From the IMG/VR virus record IMGVR_UViG_3300035454_000688, positions 1 through 64,000 of that record: a DNA stretch of 64,000 nucleotides; one strand, 5' to 3'. Both the position numbers and the translations under genes were made by a program. The DNA comes from a virus (taxonomy: Duplodnaviria > Caudoviricetes). How positions within the stretch are numbered: position 1 is the stretch's first letter; each line of letters starts with the position of its first letter. Below, one piece after another: positions 18,660 through 27,800 of the stretch. The notes below the pieces were generated by a model. That model was not told the DNA's origin. It saw only the letters and a program-made list of their open reading frames with translations, and did not search any database.

Positions 18660-18989
18660 TTACCTCGTTACTTGAGGAGTGATCGTCACGATACCTTCGA
18701 TCAATCGTGATACTGTGCCATCACCATCTGTGAGCTCACAGTCGTATACGTATCTACCAGGAGATATGTTGCCCGTGACAGCAGCGTTCATTGACAGGGT
18801 CACAACACCCGAAGCGTTAGCAATAGACACAGTGAAAGAATGAGCATTAGTAGATGTGTAGTGCTTACGCATTTGAGCTGCACCAGTGTAGCCAGTCAGA
18901 TCAACAGGATCGCCGGCATCATCAGTGACGTCGATAGAGGTGGAGTAGTTAGCTCCTTGATCTATTGTGATGTGTGCCTTAATTGCCAT
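18660..18989 (-). CDS. Ig/BppU-like small virion protein
   Basis: IDQGANY...DLTGYTGAAQMRK...GRYVYDCEL...RLIEGIVTITPQVT pattern common in T4-like structural clusters. Confidence 0.6.
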   Translation of the reverse strand: MAIKAHITIDQGANYSTSIDVTDDAGDPVDLTGYTGAAQMRKHYTSTNAHSFTVSIANASGVVTLSMNAAVTGNISPGRYVYDCELTDGDGTVSRLIEGIVTITPQVTR

Positions 18990-19000
18990 TTGCTATTCTC

Positions 19001-19561
19001 TTATTCTGGAACTGGGTTGCCATTTGTCGATGCGTATAGGGAAAATGTACTGGTTGCAACTGTTACCTGAGTTATTTTGTGTCGAATTGTTGCACCAAGA
19101 ATTGCAAAAACCGATGAATTGAACTCATTTGCAAAAACTCTCCAAACACGAGTAGTGGCAAGATCTAACCACGTATTAAGTGCATCACTTGTACCCTCTA
19201 AAAATTCGCCGCTTTGTTGTTCTACATAAATCTCGTACTGATTCGAATTAGCAGAGTTCACAATCCAGTCGTAGCTTGAAGTACTGCCATAGTCATCATA
19301 AAGCACAAATCCTGAAGAGTATATGGCCCAAGCCGCTTCAATGCCACCACCAAAAGTTACCGCAGTCGCACCGTCATCGCTTAATTGAACTTGATCTACG
19401 AACCCTTTCCAAGTACTTCCATTCCAAACTTTGGCATTAGTTGCCTGTATCCATGCTGATCCGTTCCAAACATTAAAAAGCGCGCCGGAATCATCGTATG
19501 GAAAACCCACCGAGTTATTCACTATTGCCCATGATGATCCGTTCCAATAGTGCATTGCCAT
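19001..19561 (-). CDS. hypothetical virion protein with WNGSxW repeats
   Basis: three YWNGSSW/VWNGSAW/VWNGSTW repeats. Confidence 0.6.
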   Translation of the reverse strand: MAMHYWNGSSWAIVNNSVGFPYDDSGALFNVWNGSAWIQATNAKVWNGSTWKGFVDQVQLSDDGATAVTFGGGIEAAWAIYSSGFVLYDDYGSTSSYDWIVNSANSNQYEIYVEQQSGEFLEGTSDALNTWLDLATTRVWRVFANEFNSSVFAILGATIRHKITQVTVATSTFSLYASTNGNPVPE

Positions 19562-20697
19562 TAGATTTGAATCCAGATATCACCAGCTGCTGAAGCGGTT
19601 GGTTGTGTAGCAGATACAAACACCTGACCACCGCCAGTGTACCCACTAGTTACGTGACGTAGAATTGGAGCTGCAGCAGCCGCTGAGCTACCTTGTGATC
19701 CAGTGAAGCCAGTCGGACCTTGTGGCCCCGTTGGACCAGTAGGACCAGCAATACCCTGAGCACCCTGAGCACCTTGGGCACCCTGAGCACCTTGCAGGCC
19801 CTGTGGACCTGTAGGTCCAGTAGATCCCGTTGGTCCAATCGGCCCCTGCGGCCCAATTGGCCCCTGCGCACCAACAGATCCTGTAAAGCCTATAGGACCT
19901 TGTGGACCTGTAGGCCCCTGAGCACCACTAGTTCCTTGTGAACCCGTGAATCCGATTACACCCTGAGCTCCTTGCGGACCCGTAGAGCCGGTAGGACCAA
20001 CTGGTCCAATTGGGCCTTGTGGTCCTGTGGCACCTAAGGATCCAGTAAAACCAATTGGGCCTTGAGGTCCTGTGTCGCCACGAGACCCGGTAAATCCTAT
20101 TGGGCCCTGTGGGCCTTGTGGTCCAACAGGACCAACAGGACCCTGGGGTCCTAACGAACCTGTAAATCCGATGATACCCTGTGGTCCTTGAGGACCTGTT
20201 GGACCAGTAGGACCTTGAGGTCCTGTAGCACCTAGCGAACCTGTAAATCCAATAGGACCTTGAGGACCTTGCGCGCCGAGTGAACCAGTAAAGCCAATAG
20301 GACCTTGAGCACCCTGAGGACCGGTCGGACCGACTACTGTGGAAGCTGAACCAGTAAAGCCAATTATACCTTGACTTCCAGTGAAACCAATAGAGCCTGT
20401 GAAGCCCCTTTCACCTTGCGCGCCGACTGGACCGACATACGTAGTCCAATAAAGACCAGCAGCGTTAGAAGCAAGAACTTGACCGACTGTTCCTAAAGAG
20501 CCGTTCGCATTGATACCACCTGCGATTACCGCATTACCCGAGATACCAATAGCTGCTGCATTGATCGTATTAGTAACAGCAAGGTTAGCCCCTACCGCTA
20601 CGTTTGCAGTCATAGAAACATCATGCCCGAAGATCGAGTTGGTGCCGGCACCGACAACAGCAATACCATTTTCTACTTTAAATCTTGTATTAGCCAT
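19561..20697 (-). CDS. collagen-like fibre protein
   Basis: long Gly-X-Y tract ([11 protein letters not shown] units); C-terminal [18 protein letters not shown]. Confidence 0.8.
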   Translation of the reverse strand: MANTRFKVENGIAVVGAGTNSIFGHDVSMTANVAVGANLAVTNTINAAAIGISGNAVIAGGINANGSLGTVGQVLASNAAGLYWTTYVGPVGAQGERGFTGSIGFTGSQGIIGFTGSASTVVGPTGPQGAQGPIGFTGSLGAQGPQGPIGFTGSLGATGPQGPTGPTGPQGPQGIIGFTGSLGPQGPVGPVGPQGPQGPIGFTGSRGDTGPQGPIGFTGSLGATGPQGPIGPVGPTGSTGPQGAQGVIGFTGSQGTSGAQGPTGPQGPIGFTGSVGAQGPIGPQGPIGPTGSTGPTGPQGLQGAQGAQGAQGAQGIAGPTGPTGPQGPTGFTGSQGSSAAAAAPILRHVTSGYTGGGQVFVSATQPTASAAGDIWIQI

Positions 20698-20708
20698 TTG
20701 TCCCTACT

Positions 20709-22472
20709 TTACTTAATCAGATGTGCAACGATTTTAACTGCTGAATTGCTTCTTAGCTGAGCCATCGTGATATCTACGTTAGCCCCATTAACAGCTGCAG
20801 TGAATGTTCCGAGAGGCGCTGTTGTGTTTGCTCCACCCGATGCCGGAGGAGAAGCCACGACACCATAGACAGCAACATATGCGTCTGTTCCATCGTGAGC
20901 GACGACCATCTCAGCAATCTGGTTGTTACCAGCGTTTGTCGCTTGAACCATTAGCTTACCTGTTCTGTAGGTAGCCTTGGGGAAGCTATAGATTAGTCTT
21001 GGCGAAGCTAATGTTCCGATGTTACCGTTTGCGACTACATCGATGACATAGTCTGTGTTGAATGTAGCTGCTCCAGTGATTGCAACCGCATTGGAGAATG
21101 TAGCATTGCCTGTGACAGCAACCGCATTTGAGAAAGTAGCGTTACCTGTGACAGTAAATGTATTGGATAGCGAAGCAGCTCCAACAACACCCAACGCTCC
21201 ACCTATGTTTGCAGCACCAGCGATGTTTGCTGTGCTCGAGACATTAATGAAGCCTGTTACGGTTGTGTTACCAACACTAGCTACGTTTGCTACAATCAAC
21301 TGACCGTTAGCTACCACGTTTGCTCGGAAGCTCGCCACTCCACCAACGTTAGCAGTAGTCGATACGTCAAGGAAACCGGTAATACTCGAATTGCCAACAC
21401 TTATCGTGTTCGCAACAGTTAGCTGACCGTTGGCTATGACATCCGATCGGAAAGATGCAATGCCTCCAACGTTAGCTGTCGAAGATATGTTGATGAAACC
21501 AGTAAGTGTTGAGTTGCCAACACTAATAGCATTGGATACTAGCAACTGACCGTTAGCTACCACGTTTGCTCGGAAATTGGCTACACCACCCACGTTGGCA
21601 GTAGTCGAGACGTTAATAAAACCTGTGAGCGAAGTGTTGCCACCAGCAATTGTTGTTCCTACTTGTAAGGAACCAGCAACATTAGCAGATGATGAAACGT
21701 TAATAAAACCGGTTACCGTTGTATTGCCGGTCGCAAGTGTATTGGCGATTGTTGTAGCGCCGTTAGCAATAAAGGTTCCACCCACACGAGCGTTGCCGGA
21801 GACGTTTGCTGTGCCCGCGACACCAATAGTTGCATCAGGAGTAGTTGTTCCAACCCCTAGTCTATCATTTGCTGCATCAACAAAAACAGTATTAGTATCG
21901 AAGTTGACGTTACCTGCAATGGTGTGATTAGCGCCAGAGATAACAACATTGGCCGAAATGGTTACTAGGTTACCAGCAATAGTAGTATTGGTTGATGAAG
22001 AGTTGGCAGCAATCGCAATTGCTGTGATAGATCCATTTGACTTGAACGACTGAGTGTTCGAGGTAACTGTTACCACTCTTGCGGTTGCAACGACATTTGA
22101 TGTAATGTCTAGTTGCGTTCCGTTAATAAAAACGTTCGCGCCAGTAGCTGCAATGTTTGCTGTGAATGTAGTATTAGAAGCAACATTGACTGCTGCCCCT
22201 GTGAATACGGTATTAGATGTGATGTTTAGATTAGCAGCAGTGCTAGTAGTGCCACCACGAAGAGCTGTTTCAGCGATCAGTGTGTTAGCAGCAAAGCTAC
22301 CATACAATCTTGCGTTACGCTGAGCTGCTGGCGTACCAGTGTTTGCAAACGTACTGTTGGCAGTTATAACTTCTGTCGACAAGGCGTCGAGCATCTTGTT
22401 GGATTGCTCAACCCAAATGCCGAATGTTTGTGTGGTAACGTCAACGTTTGCTAATGGTGGTATAATGGCCAT
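20709..22472 (-). CDS. repetitive Ala/Asn/Thr/Val-rich virion protein
   Basis: about 40-aa repeats ANGQL.V.N..SVGN..TGF..VS.TANVGG; exact 33-bp DNA repeat near 21297 and 21543. Confidence 0.7.
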   Translation of the reverse strand: MAIIPPLANVDVTTQTFGIWVEQSNKMLDALSTEVITANSTFANTGTPAAQRNARLYGSFAANTLIAETALRGGTTSTAANLNITSNTVFTGAAVNVASNTTFTANIAATGANVFINGTQLDITSNVVATARVVTVTSNTQSFKSNGSITAIAIAANSSSTNTTIAGNLVTISANVVISGANHTIAGNVNFDTNTVFVDAANDRLGVGTTTPDATIGVAGTANVSGNARVGGTFIANGATTIANTLATGNTTVTGFINVSSSANVAGSLQVGTTIAGGNTSLTGFINVSTTANVGGVANFRANVVANGQLLVSNAISVGNSTLTGFINISSTANVGGIASFRSDVIANGQLTVANTISVGNSSITGFLDVSTTANVGGVASFRANVVANGQLIVANVASVGNTTVTGFINVSSTANIAGAANIGGALGVVGAASLSNTFTVTGNATFSNAVAVTGNATFSNAVAITGAATFNTDYVIDVVANGNIGTLASPRLIYSFPKATYRTGKLMVQATNAGNNQIAEMVVAHDGTDAYVAVYGVVASPPASGGANTTAPLGTFTAAVNGANVDITMAQLRSNSAVKIVAHLIK

Positions 22473-22473
22473 C

Positions 22474-22656
22474 TTAATTCCTGTTAATAACTTGGGCCAA
22501 AAGGGCTTTGATTTGAGTTAGCTCATCTTTGAGGTTATTCACTTCCTCAGAAACTTCTCGAGACCTTTTGTCAGACTCACGTTGCCCAACAATAGCCTTA
22601 TAGTAGCTATCATCTGTATTTATAATAACACCCTGAGAGTCTCGAACATATGACAC
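22474..22656 (-). CDS. small coiled-coil hypothetical protein
   Basis: RDSQGVIINTD...EVNNLKDELTQIKALL; coupled to upstream gene. Confidence 0.6.
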   Translation of the reverse strand: MSYVRDSQGVIINTDDSYYKAIVGQRESDKRSREVSEEVNNLKDELTQIKALLAQVINRN

Positions 22657-24821
22657 TATGCTGACACCCCAATAACTTGAATTTGATCAATCTTTGGAGC
22701 AAGATATGTGTTGTCTGCCAGGAATACAATCTTGATCTGCATTGCATTGAACTTGTCGAATGTCATCAGAGAAGAGTTGTAGTAGCGACACACGTTGTCG
22801 TTTGTGATGTTGTTGAAAGCAGTGTTGTAGTATTTGAGCCTATCGACCTTGAAACCCGATCCGACAACATTGTTATCAGCAATAACTGTTTCTAGCTGAA
22901 TGGCCGAAGAGTTAGCAGCTGATACAACATCAATGATGTAGTCTTCAGGAATCAAAGGATTGTATAGCTTTACAACATCACCCGCAGCTACATATGAGGT
23001 TGGAGTGACACCAGCGGCTACTATACTGTTGCTGCTTAGAGTTGTAGTGAACGTGCCAGGTAGGACGTTGGCGCTATCTGCATATAGTGGTAGGCCTAGT
23101 TCATATTCTACGAAATCATTTTGATCGTCCTTCGAACTGAAGCGACCAGCGTTCTCTTTATACACAAGTGGAGTCCAAGCACGATCGTCGAACGCGTCTG
23201 GATCCGCTGAGTTGTGAACTCTCGTATAGACTTTAATATCTGTGTTGGCTGGTCTATATGCAGTCATGTACACTCGCACATCTTCGGCGAATCTATTATT
23301 AGCAAATGACACCTTAGTGGTGACGTGCTTGCTCTCTGCGTTGTAGGGACCAGCAACTTCTGAATCAATCACAACAGAGTTTGCATCCGTAGTTGTATAT
23401 GTGTTCGAGATCACGTTTGTGATGACAAACATATCTAGTTGAGCTTCGTCGATAGAAGGAGCTATGTAGAGCTCGACGTTAGATGCATTGACGGTCAATG
23501 TTGTATTTGCAACTACAGATGGTCTATTCACACGGAAGCCACCACCGTCAAGGGCATTCGCCTGAGGTAGGTTAGTGTTATCAATTTCGAGCGAACGAGA
23601 TTGGATGTAAGCATCATACTGGTTGATATTACGCAACGTACTCTCGTTAAGACTTAGCTTGACCTGGTTGTTGTAGCTGAACAGATACGAAGCACCAGAC
23701 TTGTATGCAAACGTCAGCTTCTCGTCAATCGTGCCCTTCGAAGGCAGCGTCAAGTCGGTGTTCAGCTTCACGCGGTCTGCCGAAATATTATCTACAGAGG
23801 TTATTGTACAGTTAGCGCGCGAGTCTTCTCCATAGAGAAGGTTACTATTTGCTTGGAATTTGAAATCTGTATTGGCAGCATTCGAGCCTTTGAGATATAG
23901 CTTTCTACGAGCGGAGTTGTAGTAGTGGACCTGTCCAACCGGTGCGAACATCCAATTGGTTCCTGTGTTCGAATGAACAATTGTCGACGTGGTCTCAATG
24001 TAAGAAGAGTTGACTACATTGAGAACTTCTACTACATCTCTAAAAGACGTGTTAGACCACAGCACGAGCTTGTTACCAGAAACGATACCAGCAGATGAGA
24101 AATCAGCGCCTTCCGATGCTGTAGACTGGATAACAGTCGTTCCGGAAGTAAACTGTACGTTACCGGTTGAGTTAGCTACTTGCTGGAATACGTATTCACC
24201 ACCAATGAATCTTCCATTGACATTGCCAATAGTAAAGAATTCATAGTTGTCAGGAACATACGCTTCTGTAACTGTATTATCAACATACTGAGCACACTTC
24301 AAAGCGAACTTGAGATCTGAGTCAGACTGAGGCTTATATGTTCCGGCATTGGTGGAAAGGTACAACTTACCATCCTTGACTAGGTTAGAGCCAGGAGAAG
24401 CGTTGTTGGTTCCAACCAGCTTATCGCCTAGTCTATTAGTCCATAGCTCAAAGGCTGGATCTTCAAACGTAATGATGATGCCATAGAATCTTCCTGTAGG
24501 CACCGTCAATGACTTGTTGAAGCCAAATGTTACAGAGCTCGATGCGTCACTGAACCCTGGAGAAATTTCGTTGTATGACTTGATGCCATACACTCCGGCG
24601 AACACCTTCGACAGATCAGGTTCGTTTTCTGTAAGCTCACATATACGCACGATGACGTTTGGATTCGTCTTTCCAGTCACACCGGGCACAATAAACAGAG
24701 GCTTAAAAAACAGATCGACAGATGTCAGCGTTACCGTCCCACTCTTGTTGACGATATCGGGATCTGCATAAAACGTCTGAATCATGCTAAAGTTTGTAAT
24801 AGTTTCAAATGAGTTATTCAT
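22656..24821 (-). CDS. baseplate-associated structural protein (resembles C-terminal half of DUF4815/VrlC-like proteins)
   Basis: QTFYAD...LTSVDLFF; FAEDVRVYMTAYRPANTDIKVY; FNAMQIKIVF. Confidence 0.7.
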   Translation of the reverse strand: MNNSFETITNFSMIQTFYADPDIVNKSGTVTLTSVDLFFKPLFIVPGVTGKTNPNVIVRICELTENEPDLSKVFAGVYGIKSYNEISPGFSDASSSVTFGFNKSLTVPTGRFYGIIITFEDPAFELWTNRLGDKLVGTNNASPGSNLVKDGKLYLSTNAGTYKPQSDSDLKFALKCAQYVDNTVTEAYVPDNYEFFTIGNVNGRFIGGEYVFQQVANSTGNVQFTSGTTVIQSTASEGADFSSAGIVSGNKLVLWSNTSFRDVVEVLNVVNSSYIETTSTIVHSNTGTNWMFAPVGQVHYYNSARRKLYLKGSNAANTDFKFQANSNLLYGEDSRANCTITSVDNISADRVKLNTDLTLPSKGTIDEKLTFAYKSGASYLFSYNNQVKLSLNESTLRNINQYDAYIQSRSLEIDNTNLPQANALDGGGFRVNRPSVVANTTLTVNASNVELYIAPSIDEAQLDMFVITNVISNTYTTTDANSVVIDSEVAGPYNAESKHVTTKVSFANNRFAEDVRVYMTAYRPANTDIKVYTRVHNSADPDAFDDRAWTPLVYKENAGRFSSKDDQNDFVEYELGLPLYADSANVLPGTFTTTLSSNSIVAAGVTPTSYVAAGDVVKLYNPLIPEDYIIDVVSAANSSAIQLETVIADNNVVGSGFKVDRLKYYNTAFNNITNDNVCRYYNSSLMTFDKFNAMQIKIVFLADNTYLAPKIDQIQVIGVSA

Positions 24822-24874
24822 TAGAATCCTCTGTCTTTAAATACTGTTCTTATTTATTGTGCTTTTGAATGGGC

Positions 24875-27800
24875 TCAAACCTCGTGGAAGTTATTTTGGG
24901 CTACCCAATCTCTAGCACCGCCACCGCCACCTGGTCCATTATCAATCCTATCCACAGATGGAATTGCTGCTGGTTGAGGAGGAGCATTAAACACTCTCTT
25001 AATGTAGTTCTTAACCTGGATTAGAGATTCAGAGAACGACGATCCATCAGTGTTGACAACTCTTACTGCCTTACTTGCCGCGACCATTTCTGTCGCCGCT
25101 GCTGCCTCTGAAGTAACATCAACCGATTCGATAGTTGGGTAGTAATAGTAAACGAAGACCATCTCACCGTTGCTATCGGTCTGCAGACCACCACCTAAGA
25201 TTTTACCAACTTGCTTACAAGAAGCAGTCTTGTCAGTTCCCTCAACAAAGAACTTGTGAGCTGTGTCGGGTCGTAGGCCAGTTAGTTTGACCTCGAATGC
25301 TTGCTCACCTGCAATCACTCCTGGATCGTTTGGATTGATACCTGGGCTCGCTGGGTTGAATAACGAGAAGTTAAAGTTGATAGGGGACATTGCTGGAGCT
25401 CCAATGAAGCCCCATGATCCGTTCCAGAACGACATATCGAAGCCGGTTGTTGGCGAGAAGCCATTGACGTAGCTTTGCTCGGTTTCTGTCACATCGGCAG
25501 GATAATATAGCTTGAAGCCATATGTGCCTGACTTGCCCTGACCACCATGGTTTTTGCCCTTGTACACACGGATCTTGTAGTAGCGGCCGCTAGCTGGATT
25601 GTGTGTCCAAAGTAGCTTGAGCTGATCTTCGTGCCAGATGCTTGTTCCAGTGAAGTAGTATCCCTTAGCTGTGAGAGATCCAGGGTTCTCAATCTTACGA
25701 CCGCCATTCAGTACACGGAGGCCATTAGTATCGATATCTGGTGTCGTGATAGCCTGAGCATCCGATCCAGAGTTTCTTACAACATTTGTCCATGGACCGT
25801 TTTCTGATTGGCTTTGATAGATCAGAACACCGATGTTATTATCTCGGCTGTTAATATAGAATTGAGCCGCACCACTAGATTCGCTGAATGTATAGAAGTA
25901 CTCGTCAAAGTAAACACCTGTGTCGGAATTCAGTCTATTCTTTTCGCTTTCGATAACAGCTAGTGTCTTGGTAACAACCGTGGGAGCTGTGTTTTGCTGC
26001 GTGACAGGTGTAACTGTAATCGTACCCGTTGTGATATCATTATTACCAGCAGGTGGCATTGGCGGATACACAGGTGTGACTGGTATGACAGGACCGCTTG
26101 TTGCGTCTGGTTGAGCTAAGAATGTCTTCTCGATAAACGGAAGTGTGGTTGTAGCTCCGCCACTGACAGGCACCAACGGAAGGTTGATCTCTTCTACTCT
26201 TGGCGACAGATAGCCATCGACGATAGCCGCGTTGTATTGAGGATTAGAAGTTTCCGCATAGTTATAGTCGTTGAATCCGTCAACGAAGAAGCCAAACTTA
26301 AATCTATCGATGTTAGAGTTAGCAGAGCTCGGAATCACTCTCTTTTGAGTTTGAGCCTCTACAAGAGTATAGGCAACATAGCGCTCAAGCGTCTGTAGAC
26401 GTCTGTCAAGCGCACCAATGTCAACCATTGTATATCCACGTGGTTGTTCAACAGAGCGCTGAGCATCGTTCATAGGAGCTTCTACACGGTAGGCAAGCAT
26501 TCTACGATTGCTGTATGTTTCATTCGCCATCTTGTTATTGAAGAAGTCGAGCGTTTCAGCTGACAGTTTCTTAGGATGTGATGGGTATGGTGGGATCTGT
26601 AGAATGTTGATCGTCATCGCATCCGAAGGCGCGGCTGGCGGATCAGCGGATCCTGGTGTGCCCTTCATGATGCTGAAGTCGCCCGTCTCATCAATGATTA
26701 CACGATCGGTACGACCAAGGTAGTACTCGATAATGCCGGTCAGATTCGAATCAGGGGCAGGGAACTTCTTGTCCGTTGTACCGAACTTATCAGCTTCTGC
26801 CCTTTCTTCTGGATTGATAGGAGCTGAGGCTGCTGTAGCGTTAGGTGTTGCATTTGCTACCGAGATAGGACGGAAGTCAAACTGATCACGTAGGTCGTAA
26901 TACTCACCCTTCGTTCCATACACTTCAGGAATTTCCAATGTGTTGATGGAAGATGTAGATGAAGCTAGAGCAAGAGTGTCGTTGATTGTGTATGTGCCAC
27001 CCGAGCCAGGCGCCTTGAGGCCTTCTTCAGCATAGGTGAAGTGATCAAACTTTACAAGCAAGAAGTCAGAAGTTGTGATCGCAGTATTTGCATCAGACTT
27101 TCTGTACAGATACGACATACCATAGAAGTTTTCGTTCTGGTTATGGTCGATGTAGTACTCGCTTGTAACATCTACGACACTAGTATCTCCTGGAGCGAAT
27201 GATGCATTCGAACCAAGGAACACACCCTTGACGTGGAAGATATCCGGAACCCCGAGAGCCCAAGGACCTGTATTCGTCGTGGCGTTGTTCGAAAGTTGTA
27301 GGCGAATAAACTTATCACGGTTGACAGTCTTTGCTACAGGAGCTGTTCCAGACGAACGAACGTTATATGCAACTGCAACCTTAGTGGCCACATTAACAGC
27401 CGACCCAAGATTAATCAATAGTGTGCTCGCGGTAGCGTCAACATTAGCAGATCTACCAGCGCGAAGAGAAATTGGGACATACTGTGGGAAGTACATTACG
27501 GTGTTACCGTTGGTAACTGCTGATGATGGATTAGCTGTTGTTGTCATCACTGAAGTATTAACAACAGTCGCAATCTGAACAATCGTCGAGTGCGAGGCGT
27601 TCGCAATTTTAACGAAGTCCCCCGCCTCAAAAGCTGAGGTGAAAGATGTGCTCGCGCCACCAGTAATGGTAGTGCTGCTAGCAGTACAGTTTACCGTACC
27701 AGCCGCGTTAGCCGCAAACTGAGCATTCGCCATCGGTGTGATGATTAGATCTTGCTCTTGAGCCGGCGATAGAGTGGCCCCTGCTGTGTATGGGAAAGTC

